Source: an uncultured Rhodospirillales bacterium (GTDB taxonomy: Bacteria; Pseudomonadota; Alphaproteobacteria; RF32; CAG-239). From it: DNA of 64,000 nt. The stretch covers positions 17,038 to 81,037 of the forward strand of contig CACWLK010000005.1 in the NCBI GenBank assembly GCA_902761715.1, read 5' to 3'. Below, piece by piece: positions 18,263 through 31,258 of the stretch. Numbering within the stretch: the stretch's first letter is position 1; each line of letters begins with the position of its first letter. Both the position numbers and the translations under genes were made by a program. Under the pieces are notes generated by a model that ran no database searches, was not told the origin of the DNA, and saw only the letters and a program-made list of their open reading frames with translations.

Positions 18263-19636
18263 ATGGCCAAAAAATCATCTGTTCAATATGTATGTCAAAA
18301 TTGTGGATCCGCCTATCCCAAATGGCAGGGCAAGTGCGATTCCTGTGGCGAATGGAATACCATAATAGAAGAGCAGGTCGGCGGCGAAGGTTTTTCAAAC
18401 TTTCATCCCAAGCACAAGGGCAAAATGATAGATTTTGTTTCTTTGAGCGGAACATCACAAAATATTGAACGTATTTCAACCGGCATAAAAGAACTTGATC
18501 GTGTCAGCGGCGGTGGTTTGGTTGCCGGATCGGTGATTTTGGTTGGCGGCGACCCAGGTATCGGAAAATCAACTCTTTTGCTACAGGCTTGTGCCAGTAT
18601 TGCCTCATCGCATGACCACCCCGAATGCTATTATATATCAGGAGAAGAAGCCTTAGATCAGGTTCGTATTCGTGCCAAACGTTTGGAGCTTGAACAATCT
18701 CCGGTCAACCTTGCTTCAGCAACAGATGTTAAAGATATTGTTGACACGCTTGAAAAAACCAATGCCAAAATAGTGGTTATTGATTCAATCCAAACCATGT
18801 ATCTTGAAGAGGCTGAATCAACCCCGGGAAGTGTCTCGCAAGTGCGTGCCTGTGCCTATGAACTCATCAAAATTGCCAAGCGCAAAGGTTTTGTTTTGTT
18901 CTTGGTTGGCCACGTAACCAAACAAGGCTCAATTGCCGGACCACGTGTTTTGGAACATATGGTTGATACAGTTTTGTATTTTGAAGGCGAGCGTGGACAC
19001 CAATTCCGTATTTTGCGTGCGGTCAAAAATCGTTATGGTGCAACTGACGAAATTGGTGTTTTTGAAATGCAAGACAAAGGTTTGGTCGAGGTCGAAAACC
19101 CCTCGGCGCTGTTTTTGGCAGAACGCCAAGGAAATATATCCGGCTCCTGCGTTTTTGCCGGCATTGAAGGCTCAAGACCGGTTTTGGTAGAAATTCAGGC
19201 GCTGGTCAGTCAAACCGGATACGCCAGCCCTAAAAGAGCGGTGGTAGGTTGGGATTCCGGGCGTTTGGCAATGGTCTTGGCGGTTTTGGAAGCCCGTGGC
19301 GGACTAAACCTAAGCAGTCAAGATGTTTACTTAAACATTGCCGGCGGCTTAAAAATTTCTGAACCTGCGGCCGACTTAGCTGTTGCCATGGCAATTATTT
19401 CATCATTAACTAACCGCCCGCTCCCCGCAGACATGGTAATCTTTGGTGAAATCGGCTTATCCGGCGAAATCCGTGCCGTAAGTCAGCCTAATCTGCGCCT
19501 AAAAGAGGCAAGCAAACTCGGGTTTAAGAGCGCTATCATGCCATCACAATATAAAAATGATAAAAAATTGTCCGCAAAAGATATTTCTCTTCACGAAATA
19601 GGCAATGTTCAAAAACTGATAAACTGGTTTAATTAA
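18263..19636 (+). CDS. radA: DNA repair protein RadA/Sms
   Basis: 457 aa. It has a C4 zinc finger (CQNCGSAYPKWQGKCDSC), a RecA-like P-loop GDPGIGKST, KNRYG, and a Lon-like C-terminal domain. Confidence 0.95.
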   Translation: MAKKSSVQYVCQNCGSAYPKWQGKCDSCGEWNTIIEEQVGGEGFSNFHPKHKGKMIDFVSLSGTSQNIERISTGIKELDRVSGGGLVAGSVILVGGDPGIGKSTLLLQACASIASSHDHPECYYISGEEALDQVRIRAKRLELEQSPVNLASATDVKDIVDTLEKTNAKIVVIDSIQTMYLEEAESTPGSVSQVRACAYELIKIAKRKGFVLFLVGHVTKQGSIAGPRVLEHMVDTVLYFEGERGHQFRILRAVKNRYGATDEIGVFEMQDKGLVEVENPSALFLAERQGNISGSCVFAGIEGSRPVLVEIQALVSQTGYASPKRAVVGWDSGRLAMVLAVLEARGGLNLSSQDVYLNIAGGLKISEPAADLAVAMAIISSLTNRPLPADMVIFGEIGLSGEIRAVSQPNLRLKEASKLGFKSAIMPSQYKNDKKLSAKDISLHEIGNVQKLINWFN

Positions 19637-19647
19637 GGATTTTTATA

Positions 19648-20340
19648 ATGAATAATCTCGATTTATGCATATTGATTGTTGTAGCTATATCTGCTCTCAT
19701 TGCACTCAATCGTGGACTGATAAAAGAAGTTTTATCAATTATCGGTTGGGTTTTATCGGTCGTAGTCATCGTGTTCATGTTGCCGATAGTAAAGCCGCTG
19801 GTTCTCACTCGGGTAGAAGACGAAACAATGGCTATTGTGGCTTCTTCATTGCTGATTTTTGTGATATTCTTTATTCTCTGGATCATTATAACCTCGAGCA
19901 TAATCGATAAAATCCGCTCCAGCAAACTAAGCTCCCTTGATCGCACTCTTGGTCTCTTTTTTGGCGTGATAAGAGCCTGTATTTTAGTAATTTTATTCAA
20001 TATAATGGTCGGCTGGATTATCCCCGCAGACGACCAACCGGAGGTTTTCAAAGAGTCAAAATATTTTCAACTTGCCGGCAGTTTTGCCGAACCGATAGAA
20101 AAGCTTTTGCCCAAAGATATAATTGCTAAAGATACCGAGACTGAAGAAAAAGACCAAAAAGATAAAAAAGAGCAAAAAGTAATTTCTGAGGATATGGATA
20201 ATCTGTTTAACAAGCTCGTACAGCCCAAAGTTGAAAAAAAGAGCAATAAGGATACCAAAAAAGCCGAAAAAGGCTCTGACGGCTATGATAAGTCGGAACA
20301 AAACAGTCTTGACCGTCTTATTGAAATGAATATTGAGTAA
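19648..20340 (+). CDS. cvpA: CvpA-family membrane protein with an acidic/basic low-complexity C-terminal tail
   Basis: It has four N-terminal TM helices typical of CvpA. radA-cvpA synteny is present. The roughly 80 aa K/E/D-rich tail is unusual. Confidence 0.75.
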   Translation: MNNLDLCILIVVAISALIALNRGLIKEVLSIIGWVLSVVVIVFMLPIVKPLVLTRVEDETMAIVASSLLIFVIFFILWIIITSSIIDKIRSSKLSSLDRTLGLFFGVIRACILVILFNIMVGWIIPADDQPEVFKESKYFQLAGSFAEPIEKLLPKDIIAKDTETEEKDQKDKKEQKVISEDMDNLFNKLVQPKVEKKSNKDTKKAEKGSDGYDKSEQNSLDRLIEMNIE

Positions 20341-20362
20341 AAGCACTTAACGGAAACAAAAA

Positions 20363-20396
20363 AACCGACGTTGAAAAACGCCGGTTTTTGTTTTTT
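20363..20396. terminator. bidirectional intrinsic terminator between convergent cvpA and gyrB
   Basis: The stem is accgacg/cgccggt with an 8-nt loop. It is flanked by an A-run on the 5' side and a T-run on the 3' side. Confidence 0.55.
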
Positions 20397-20405
20397 GTAT
20401 TTTAC

Positions 20406-22889
<2,484 letters not shown>

Positions 22890-22989
22890 TTAAACTCTCA
22901 TCACTATACAACATTTTGAAAAAAAACATAGCAAAAACTCACAAAAATTAACCGTTTTGTGTATATTTTTCCTAGTGTTTGGCGGTTTT

Positions 22990-25734
22990 TTAATGAGCTT
23001 CAGTCCAATTGTTGCCGATTCCGACTTCTGCCGTAAATTTTACATCATAATTTACCGCATTTTCCATGGTTTGCTTTAACAATTTTGCCACGGTTTCAAC
23101 TTCATCTTCCGGTGCCTCAATCACCATTTCATCGTGAACTTGTAACAAAATTTTTGACTTAAATTTTCCGTCAATTAAAGCCTTGCGCATATTATTCATT
23201 GCTCGTTTCATAATATCTGCAGCCCCACCTTGAAGCGGTGCGTTCATTGCCGCTCTTTCTGCAAACGAAGCAACACGTTGATTTTTATCATTAATTCCGA
23301 CAATCGTGCACTTTCGCCCGAAAGGCGTAACCACATATCCGTGTTTGCGGGCAAAATCTATGCTTTTTTCCATAAACACTTTTATCTCCGGCATTTTTTC
23401 AAAATAAGCATCAATATACTGCTTGGCTTCTGCCGGCGAAACCCCGATTTGCTTTGACAATCCGTATTGTGAAATCCCGTAAATAACCCCGAAATTAATC
23501 GCTTTTGCGTGACGCCTGATTACCGGTGTAACTTCTTCCTTTTTCAGTCCGAACACTTTCATTGCTGTTGCCGTATGCACATCAATTTCATTGGCAAAAG
23601 CCTCTTTTAAGGCTTTTACGTCAGCCAAAACCGCCAACAACCGCAACTCTACCTGCGAATAGTCGGCAGATATCAGTTTGTGTTTTGGCGCCGCTACAAA
23701 ACATTGTCTTATCTTTTGCCCATCATCACTGCGTATTGGAATATTTTGCAAATTAGGGTTGTTTGAGGACAGCCGTCCGGTATTAACATTGGTCTGATCA
23801 TAGGTTGTATGAATACGGCTGTTTTTATCCAACTGTTGGAGCAGGGTGTCCGTATATGTCGTTTTTAGTTTATTTACTGAACGCCATTCCAAAATTTTTG
23901 CCGGCAGAGGGTGTTCTTCTGCCAGTTGTTCCAAAACATCTGCACCGGTTTGAAAGTTTCCGCTTGTGTGTTTTTTTGACTGCAGACCGAGTTTGTTGTA
24001 TAAAATCTCGCCGATTTGCTTCGGTGAGCCGATATTAAATGTTTCTCCGGCCAGTGCAAAAATTTCCTGTTCAATATCCTGTTGGCGTTTTTCCAGTTGT
24101 TTACTAAAATCGGAAAGCTGTGCAACATTTACCGTAACTCCGTTTTTTTCCATTTCAAACAACGTTGCCGCCAGCGGACGGTCAAAATGCTCATAGACTG
24201 TTACCATGTGTTCGCTCAACAAGCGCTGACGCAAGATGCCGCAAAGCCTGAAAGTAAAATCTGCCTGTTCGCACATATAATTTTTCAAAACATTTTCATC
24301 AACTTTGTCGGGATTAATTCGCTGTTTGCCTACACCGAAAACGTCGTCATCTTTCTGTCCGTTAATATCCAAAAACAACTCGGACAAAGTACCTATATCA
24401 TGACTGTGGCTTGAAGAGTCCAAAACATATGACATAATCTCAATGTCATCATAAGGAAAAATCCGGCACATACCATCACTTAACATATCCAAAAAATGCA
24501 TATCAAGTTTGATATTATGCCCGATTTTCAAAATTGACTGAGAATTCAAAATCGGCAATAAGTGGTCAAAAACTTTTTTTGCGCTCATTCCGTGTTTTTT
24601 ACTTGTTGCCGCACTAAATAAATCAAACGTTTGATTTTGCTGTTCTTTTTCTAAAGGAATATAAGCCGCTTTTCCGCTATCAATTGCCAAAGCTATACCC
24701 AAAGGGACATCAAAAACCGGATTGTTTCCTGTTGCCAAAACTTTTATTGCCAACATCTGACTGTTCAGATTTTTCAGCCACAACGCCAAATCGGCTTCAT
24801 TGTCAATTAGGCGATAATCGGTCTTAATTTCCGGAGTTGCCTGAGTAGTAACAACACCGGATTTTTTGCATTGCTCCTCAACCCATTTCGCCAGCCGTAG
24901 CTTAAGGCTGTTAAAACCGTATTTCTCAACAAAATTTTGCACCACCGCCAAATCCGGACAATGAAATTTATAATGAGTTACTTGGTTTTCAACCGGAACA
25001 TCATTTTTGAGTGTTACCAGCTGAAGAGATATTTTGGCATTTTCAATGTTTGCCAACAAGGTTTCACGCCGTTTATTTTGTTTTATTTCGCCGGCATGAG
25101 CCAAAACCTCATCAAGTGAGCCGAACGTATTTACCAGTTCTGCCGCAGTCTTAGGACCAATTCCCGGCACCCCCGGAATATTATCAATACTGTCTCCCGA
25201 AAGTGCTTGCACATCTACCACTTTTTCCGGATAAACTCCGAATTTTTCTTTAACATCATCAGGGGTAAAAAACTTATCTTTCATCGGGTCATAAAACGTA
25301 ACCCCCGGACGAATTAACTGCATCAAATCTTTATCAGCAGAAACCACAATAGCTTCCATTCCGGCATCTAGCGCCTGTTTTGCATAAGTTGCAATCAGGT
25401 CGTCGGCCTCATATCCCTCAATTTCAAGATGATTTAGATTAAGCACATCAACCACTTCCCGTATAATCGGAAATTGCGGTATTAACTCCTCGGGAGGGTC
25501 TTTGCGCGTGCCTTTATAATCGGGAAAAATATCGTTGCGAAAATTTTTTCTTTTGGCATCAAACAGCACCAAATTATAATTGCAATCAAATTTAGCTGAC
25601 AGTTTCATAAACATATTGGTAAAACCATATACAGCATTAACCGGGGTTCCGTCGGGAGCCGTCATCGGTGGCAGTCCGTAAAACGCCCTGAAAATATATC
25701 CTGATCCATCGACTAAACAGATTTTTTCAGCCAT
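22990..25734 (-). CDS. polA: DNA polymerase I
   Basis: 914 aa. It has a 5'-3' exonuclease, a 3'-5' exonuclease and a polymerase domain (RRHAKAINFGVIYG, QVHDEMV). Confidence 0.95.
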   Translation of the reverse strand: MAEKICLVDGSGYIFRAFYGLPPMTAPDGTPVNAVYGFTNMFMKLSAKFDCNYNLVLFDAKRKNFRNDIFPDYKGTRKDPPEELIPQFPIIREVVDVLNLNHLEIEGYEADDLIATYAKQALDAGMEAIVVSADKDLMQLIRPGVTFYDPMKDKFFTPDDVKEKFGVYPEKVVDVQALSGDSIDNIPGVPGIGPKTAAELVNTFGSLDEVLAHAGEIKQNKRRETLLANIENAKISLQLVTLKNDVPVENQVTHYKFHCPDLAVVQNFVEKYGFNSLKLRLAKWVEEQCKKSGVVTTQATPEIKTDYRLIDNEADLALWLKNLNSQMLAIKVLATGNNPVFDVPLGIALAIDSGKAAYIPLEKEQQNQTFDLFSAATSKKHGMSAKKVFDHLLPILNSQSILKIGHNIKLDMHFLDMLSDGMCRIFPYDDIEIMSYVLDSSSHSHDIGTLSELFLDINGQKDDDVFGVGKQRINPDKVDENVLKNYMCEQADFTFRLCGILRQRLLSEHMVTVYEHFDRPLAATLFEMEKNGVTVNVAQLSDFSKQLEKRQQDIEQEIFALAGETFNIGSPKQIGEILYNKLGLQSKKHTSGNFQTGADVLEQLAEEHPLPAKILEWRSVNKLKTTYTDTLLQQLDKNSRIHTTYDQTNVNTGRLSSNNPNLQNIPIRSDDGQKIRQCFVAAPKHKLISADYSQVELRLLAVLADVKALKEAFANEIDVHTATAMKVFGLKKEEVTPVIRRHAKAINFGVIYGISQYGLSKQIGVSPAEAKQYIDAYFEKMPEIKVFMEKSIDFARKHGYVVTPFGRKCTIVGINDKNQRVASFAERAAMNAPLQGGAADIMKRAMNNMRKALIDGKFKSKILLQVHDEMVIEAPEDEVETVAKLLKQTMENAVNYDVKFTAEVGIGNNWTEAH

Positions 25735-25809
25735 TGCAAATCTCCTTGATACAACCTGATATAATATAATTTACAAATACTCTTTAGCCAAGAAGTTTTA
25801 TTGAGTTTT

Positions 25810-26166
25810 CTACCTTCTCCAAGCGTCGGCTATATGCTTAAAACTCATTTTTGAGCTTACCAAAAAAGCATCAAATCTGATATCAAAATCACTAAATTGC
25901 GGATGGTTTTTAACAAAATTTTCCGCTGCTTTCCAAATTCGTTGTTGCTGCTGCGGCAAAATTGCATAAGCCGCATCATCTATGCTTGAGCGTTTTTTGA
26001 CTTCAACAAATACCAACAAATTCTTTTTTACTACAATCAAATCAATCTCACCGGCGCCGGTTCTTCTGCCGGTAACATAGTTGCGTGCAACAACCCTAAA
26101 ACCGTGTAACAAAAAATATACCGCAGCTAAAGTTTCTGCAATTTTTCCGCTAATTCTGTTGTTCAT
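25810..26166 (-). CDS. yraN: YraN-family endonuclease (UPF0102)
   Basis: 118 aa. GEIDLIVVKKNLLVFVEVKKR is present. The rsmI/lpoA-yraN neighbourhood matches the E. coli yraL-yraM-yraN locus. Confidence 0.8.
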   Translation of the reverse strand: MNNRISGKIAETLAAVYFLLHGFRVVARNYVTGRRTGAGEIDLIVVKKNLLVFVEVKKRSSIDDAAYAILPQQQQRIWKAAENFVKNHPQFSDFDIRFDAFLVSSKMSFKHIADAWRR

Positions 26167-26992
26167 TTTTGATTTTTACCGCCAGTTCATACACGTTGTT
26201 TTTGTTGAGCCCGTATTCGGTAACAACCTCTTTTACGACCGTTTTTAGCGGCACTTTTTTCATTTTATCACGCAAAATCTGTTCAACATCTACCCCCGAT
26301 ACAGGCTCATCTGACGGCGGTGCAACCATAAATACAATTTCTCCTTTTGGTGGATTTTTCTCAAAATAAGCAATTACGTCATCAGCCGTTCCTGTTTTGC
26401 ACTCCTCATGCATTTTAGTAATTTCTCGTGCCACTGCAAATTCTCGATTCGCAAAAATTTTTTTAGCAACACCAAGTGTTTTTAGTAATCTTGGAGCCGT
26501 TTCATAAAACACCAATGTCGTGTCAATTCCCGTCAATTCTTTGAACAAATCCTCACGTGCCTTATCCTTGTTAGGTATAAAACCGGCAAACATAAACCGA
26601 TTAGTCGGCAACCCCGACATTTGCAATGCACAAATTATTGCGCAACACCCCGGTACTACTGCAAACGGAGTATTTTGTTCATGACACTGCCTTATCAGTT
26701 TGTACCCAGGGTCCGAAATCAGCGGTGATCCGGCATCGCTTACTTGCACCACACACAATCCTTGGTTGACCAAATCAATAACTTCTTGGGCTTTTTCCTG
26801 CTCATTATGATCATGCAGGGTAATAAATTTTTTGCCGCTGAACCCGATATTGAGCAACCCGAGTAATTTTTTTGTTACCCTCGTATCTTCGCAGGCTATC
26901 ACATCTGCTTCTTTTAGTAGCGTTTTTGCGCGTTCCGAAATATCTGACAGATTTCCGATAGGTGTGGCAACAATATACAATCCGTTGGTCAT
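26150..26992 (-). CDS. rsmI: 16S rRNA (cytidine1402-2'-O)-methyltransferase RsmI
   Basis: LYIVATPIGNLSDIS...ADVIACEDTR is a tetrapyrrole-methylase-fold signature. Confidence 0.9.
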   Translation of the reverse strand: MTNGLYIVATPIGNLSDISERAKTLLKEADVIACEDTRVTKKLLGLLNIGFSGKKFITLHDHNEQEKAQEVIDLVNQGLCVVQVSDAGSPLISDPGYKLIRQCHEQNTPFAVVPGCCAIICALQMSGLPTNRFMFAGFIPNKDKAREDLFKELTGIDTTLVFYETAPRLLKTLGVAKKIFANREFAVAREITKMHEECKTGTADDVIAYFEKNPPKGEIVFMVAPPSDEPVSGVDVEQILRDKMKKVPLKTVVKEVVTEYGLNKNNVYELAVKIKNEQQN

Positions 26993-27062
26993 TTCTTATT
27001 TACATTCCGTGTTTTTTAATCTAAATTACTCGTATTGTTTTATATTTTGGGATAAAAAGCAA

Positions 27063-28379
27063 GTGTTTAAAAAAATTTACATTTTAGCGGTTGCTGCGCT
27101 TGTTGCATCATGCCGCTCCCCGATGGTTACATCTACAGGTCATTTTTCTGACAACACAACCCAAATCAGTGAGGAAACTTTTATAACAAAATCAAGTTTC
27201 AGGGTTGGTGTTTTGCTTCCGCTTAGCGGTGATGCTGCAGCAGTCGGGCAGGGGCTCAGAAACGCTACCATGATTGCGCTTGAAGACATTAACAACCCCA
27301 ACCTTATTTTGCAGTTTTATGATACCAAAAGCACTCCAGAAGGGGCTCGTGTTGCAGTCGAAAACGCTATAAACCAGCGAGTTAAAATGATTGTCGGACC
27401 TTTAATGTCAAGTGAGGTTGAGGCCATATCTTACCAAACCCGCAAGCACGACATTCCGGTAATTGCTTTTTCAACCAATGATGCCGTTCTTCAGCCTCAG
27501 GTTTATACAATCGGTTTGCTTATTGAGGAACAGGTTAATCGCATAATTTCTCACGCCGCACAAAAAGGTCGCTCTCGTTTTGCACTTTTACTGCCTGACA
27601 ACGCTACTGGTATAGCGGTTGCCAAATCAGCGGTAAAAGCCGCTAAAAAACATGGCGGCACCGTATCCAAAATCGCTTTTTATCCGCAAGAAACCACTGA
27701 TTTTTCGGAAATTATCCGCAAAATGAGTGAATATGATCGCCGCTCATCAAACGGCGGTGGTGTAGATTTTGATGCCGTCATTGTTCCTGAAACCGGAAGC
27801 CGCTTAAAATCAGCAACCGCAATGTTCGGCTATTATGACGTCTTTTATCCCGACGTAATGTTCTTGGGCACATCGGTTTGGGAAAATACCAACCTGAACA
27901 AAGAAACAACATTAAACAAAGCTGTGTATCCGGCTTTATCACGTAGCCACAGTGCATATTTTAACAAAAAATATCAATCAATGTACGGCACCTATCCGAG
28001 CGGCATTTTTGCTTTGGCTTATGATGCCGTGGCTCTATCGTCTGCACTTGCCAAACGCAACCCCTATAATCTTGATGAAGCTATCACCAGTCCTGACGGG
28101 TTTGTCGGCATTAACGGAGCTTTTCGCTTTTTCCCCAACGGCAAAAACCAACACAGTCTGGACATAATGCAAATTACCCCGTCGGCAGATGTCGTTGTCG
28201 ATTCGGCATCTCGCAAATTTATTTCCGGTCCCGAAACTCTTGATGATATTGATGCCGCTTCTTTGTATGATGGAAACGCTCCACTTGTTTTGGGCAAAAA
28301 CCAACAGGAAGCCGAGACGGAAATTTTTGGTCGCCCGCTTAGAGGATATGTTGAAAGCGATTCAATATATCAATATTAG
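27063..28379 (+). CDS. LppC/LpoA-family lipoprotein (penicillin-binding-protein activator-like, periplasmic-binding-protein fold)
   Basis: It has a lipoprotein signal (FKKIYILAVAALVASC, lipobox LVASC) and a type-I periplasmic-binding-protein-like fold (RVGVLLPLSGDAAAVGQG). It is divergent from rsmI, like E. coli lpoA. The track ORF start at 26832 overlaps rsmI, so I use the GTG at about 27063. Confidence 0.6.
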   Translation: MFKKIYILAVAALVASCRSPMVTSTGHFSDNTTQISEETFITKSSFRVGVLLPLSGDAAAVGQGLRNATMIALEDINNPNLILQFYDTKSTPEGARVAVENAINQRVKMIVGPLMSSEVEAISYQTRKHDIPVIAFSTNDAVLQPQVYTIGLLIEEQVNRIISHAAQKGRSRFALLLPDNATGIAVAKSAVKAAKKHGGTVSKIAFYPQETTDFSEIIRKMSEYDRRSSNGGGVDFDAVIVPETGSRLKSATAMFGYYDVFYPDVMFLGTSVWENTNLNKETTLNKAVYPALSRSHSAYFNKKYQSMYGTYPSGIFALAYDAVALSSALAKRNPYNLDEAITSPDGFVGINGAFRFFPNGKNQHSLDIMQITPSADVVVDSASRKFISGPETLDDIDAASLYDGNAPLVLGKNQQEAETEIFGRPLRGYVESDSIYQY

Positions 28380-28443
28380 TGGGATATGGCAGATTTTTTA
28401 CTTGAAATTAAGAACAAAATCTGCCCTTATGTGAATAATTGCT

Positions 28444-28536
28444 ATGGAGGGCATCGGGTCAAGCGTTCGCCAACCCGGTCAGGTTCGGAAGAAAGCAGCC
28501 GTAACGAACCAGCCTGAGGTCGGTGTTCCTCCGCCT
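28444..28536 (+). ncRNA. ffs: signal recognition particle RNA (4.5S RNA, small bacterial type)
   Basis: ccggtcaggttcggaagaaagcagccgtaac matches the conserved SRP RNA domain IV core (CAGGUCCGGAAGGAAGCAGC). The 5' GGAGG pairs with the 3' CCUCC, and a T-run follows. It sits immediately upstream of dnaX, as in many alphaproteobacteria. Confidence 0.7.
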
Positions 28537-28556
28537 TTTTATAAACAGAGCGAATT

Positions 28557-30239
28557 ATGGCAGAAGAAGAAAAACAAGATAACTACGTAGTTTTAGCACG
28601 AAAATACCGTCCGCAGAATTTTGAAGATTTACTCGGGCAAGACGCTTTGGTGCAAACTCTGACCAACGCCATAAAATCAAATCGCTTGCACCATGCATAC
28701 ATTTTGACCGGAATTCGTGGCGTGGGCAAAACCACCACCGCCCGCTTGATTGCCAAGGCTCTCAACTGTATTGGTCCTGACGGCAAAGGCGGACCGACAA
28801 CGCACCCTTGCGATGTTTGTGAAAACTGTAAATCAATCGCCGCCGGTCGCAATATTGACGTTTTAGAACTCGATGCCGCATCACGCACCGGTGTTGATGA
28901 TATCCGTGATATTTTGGACGGTGTTCGTTACAAACCGACAAACTGCCGATACAAAATATACATCATCGACGAAGTTCACATGCTCTCCAAAAATGCATTT
29001 AACGCTTTGCTTAAAACTCTTGAAGAGCCGCCGGCACACGTCAAATTCATCTTTGCTACAACCGAAATTCGCAAAGTTCCGATTACCGTTCTCTCTCGTT
29101 GTCAACGATTCGACCTGCAACGTCTGCAAATCGACGACCTTATGAAGTTGTTCAACAAAATTGTTGCCGCCGAAAACCTCAAAGCCGATGAAGAGGCTCT
29201 GCATATGATTGCTTCTGCCGCAGACGGTTCTGCTCGTGATGGTTTATCATTGTTGGATCAGGCAATCTCGCTGGGCAGCGGCAAAGTTCGCACAGACATT
29301 GTTAAAGAAATGCTGGGCATGGCCGACCGTGGTCAGGCATTTGAAATTTTTAACCACCTTATCAGCGGCAACATGAATGATTTGCTCCAAAAACTACAGG
29401 AAGTATATAAAAACGGAGCTAATCCGACGGCTATTCTGAATGATTTAATCAACATAACTCATACGTTGACTAAGGTTTTGCTTATACCGGCAATGTTGAA
29501 CGATGAAAAACTCTCAGAAACCGAACGAGAATTTTTCCAATCTTCTGCCTCTAAAACAAACGTTGCTCTCTTGTCCAAAATTTGGCAAATGCTGATTAAG
29601 GGGTTGAATGAAGTTCAAAATGCCCCCGTGCCGATAGATGCACTTGAGATGGTTTTGATACGTATAGCTTATTCGGCTAATTTACCAACTCCGGCAGAGC
29701 TGCTCGAGAGTGTAAAAAAAAAATCTAGCGTAACCGCTCCGACTGCTTCTGCTCCCAGAGCAACCGCCAAACCTGCTTCTGTCAGTGCACCGTCTCCGAA
29801 ACCGTCGCCCACCTCAACTTTTGCAAAAATTAATGACTTTGTTCGCTATCTTGAGGACAACAAACAACTGCGGCTGGCCTACACTCTAAAAAATGATGTT
29901 GAAGTAGTCGAGTTTGCTGACGGAATCATGAAATTTAAGGCAACCGAGCGAGTTTCTGCCGATGTTATACTTACCATTGATAAGTTTTTGGAAGCGGCTA
30001 CCGGCAAAAAATGGAAAACCGACCTTATCCCCGGTGAAGTCATTTTAAGCATTGCCAATATTGAAAACGCTCAAAAAGAAGCCGACAAAAAGAATGTTGC
30101 GGAAAACCCGTTGGTAAAAGCGATTCTTGACGAATTCAGAGGCGCAAAAATAGAAACGCTCATGCGTAAGATTGCTGCTGATGAAGATGATAATTTTGAA
30201 GAAAACAATGATGAATTTATAAATGAGGATTTTAACTGA
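28557..30239 (+). CDS. dnaX: DNA polymerase III subunits gamma/tau
   Basis: 560 aa. It has HAYILTGIRGVGKTT, a zinc module CDVCENC and DEVHMLS. Confidence 0.95.
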   Translation: MAEEEKQDNYVVLARKYRPQNFEDLLGQDALVQTLTNAIKSNRLHHAYILTGIRGVGKTTTARLIAKALNCIGPDGKGGPTTHPCDVCENCKSIAAGRNIDVLELDAASRTGVDDIRDILDGVRYKPTNCRYKIYIIDEVHMLSKNAFNALLKTLEEPPAHVKFIFATTEIRKVPITVLSRCQRFDLQRLQIDDLMKLFNKIVAAENLKADEEALHMIASAADGSARDGLSLLDQAISLGSGKVRTDIVKEMLGMADRGQAFEIFNHLISGNMNDLLQKLQEVYKNGANPTAILNDLINITHTLTKVLLIPAMLNDEKLSETEREFFQSSASKTNVALLSKIWQMLIKGLNEVQNAPVPIDALEMVLIRIAYSANLPTPAELLESVKKKSSVTAPTASAPRATAKPASVSAPSPKPSPTSTFAKINDFVRYLEDNKQLRLAYTLKNDVEVVEFADGIMKFKATERVSADVILTIDKFLEAATGKKWKTDLIPGEVILSIANIENAQKEADKKNVAENPLVKAILDEFRGAKIETLMRKIAADEDDNFEENNDEFINEDFN

Positions 30240-30559
30240 TGATGAATATGCAAAGTCTGATGAAACAAGCTCAAATTATGCAAAAAAAGATGAGCGAAGC
30301 ACAGGAAAAATTAGCCCAAAGCGAGGTTATCGGCGTTAGCGGCGGCGGCATGGTAAAAGTTACCGTTACCGGCAAGATGACCACTAAAAAAGTCGAGATA
30401 GACAAATCTTTGCTTAACCCTGAAGAAGCCGATATTCTTGAAGATCTGATTGTTGCTGCATGTAACGACGCTCAAAACAAGGCTGAGGCCATGATGAACG
30501 ATGGCTTGAAAGATGTAACCGGCGGCCTGAATTTAGGCGGGCTTAAACTTCCGTTTTAA
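30239..30559 (+). CDS. ybaB: nucleoid-associated protein YbaB/EbfC
   Basis: 106 aa. MQSLMKQAQIMQKKMSEAQEKL is present. The dnaX-ybaB-recR synteny is intact. Confidence 0.9.
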   Translation: MMNMQSLMKQAQIMQKKMSEAQEKLAQSEVIGVSGGGMVKVTVTGKMTTKKVEIDKSLLNPEEADILEDLIVAACNDAQNKAEAMMNDGLKDVTGGLNLGGLKLPF

Positions 30560-30561
30560 AG

Positions 30562-31164
30562 GTGGTTCTCGTGGCTGGTCAAGACATTGAAAAACTGATC
30601 AAACTCATATCCAAACTGCCGTCTTTGGGCACAAGATCGGCACGCCGAATTGTATTGTACCTTATCAAAAAGAAGGAAACATCTTTGCTCCCGCTGATAG
30701 ATGCCATGCAAAGTGTTTCTGACAATATAAAAACTTGTGAAATTTGCGGCAATTTTGACACCACATCACCATGTTCAATCTGCTCATCTGAAAAAAGAGA
30801 AAAAAACACCATTTGTGTTGTGCAGGACGTTGCCGACCTATGGGCTATGGAGCGCACCGGATTCTATCGCGGTCAATATCATGTTTTGGGCGGAGTTTTG
30901 TCAGCTCTTGACGGTGTTGCTCCCGAGGATCTAAATATGGATTCGTTATTTGCCAGAGCAAACAGCGATGAAATATCCGAAATTGTCTTAGCTCTCCCTG
31001 CCACCATTGACGGTCAAATAACCTCACACTACTTGGTATCAAAACTAAAAAACAGCAACGTCAAAATTACCACCCTTGCTCAGGGGATTCCGGTCGGTGC
31101 CGAGCTTGATTACATGGACGAGGGAACAATCCAACTGGCATTAAACTCACGCAAAGAAATGTAA
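30562..31164 (+). CDS. recR: recombination protein RecR
   Basis: 200 aa. It has a C4 zinc finger (CEICGNF...CSIC) and a Toprim domain. Confidence 0.95.
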   Translation: MVLVAGQDIEKLIKLISKLPSLGTRSARRIVLYLIKKKETSLLPLIDAMQSVSDNIKTCEICGNFDTTSPCSICSSEKREKNTICVVQDVADLWAMERTGFYRGQYHVLGGVLSALDGVAPEDLNMDSLFARANSDEISEIVLALPATIDGQITSHYLVSKLKNSNVKITTLAQGIPVGAELDYMDEGTIQLALNSRKEM

Positions 31165-31258
31165 GTTATTCGATTCCCATTTTTTAACTCAAAATTGACA
31201 GTTTAGAGATATTATATTATCATCTTTTTTAATAAAGTTTAATTAGAGGGAACCTAAC

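Noticed and set aside
26832-27062. Track ORF start at 26832 for the LppC/LpoA-like lipoprotein, and the 13704 start for parB and the 54009 start for the K/E-rich gene
   Set aside because: Those upstream extensions overlap the neighbouring gene (rsmI on the opposite strand, the parA 3' end, or the PAS gene 3' end). The true starts are at the lipoprotein signal peptide (GTG near 27063), at ATG 13773 (MLEDNK...), and at ATG 54078 with an AAGGA RBS.
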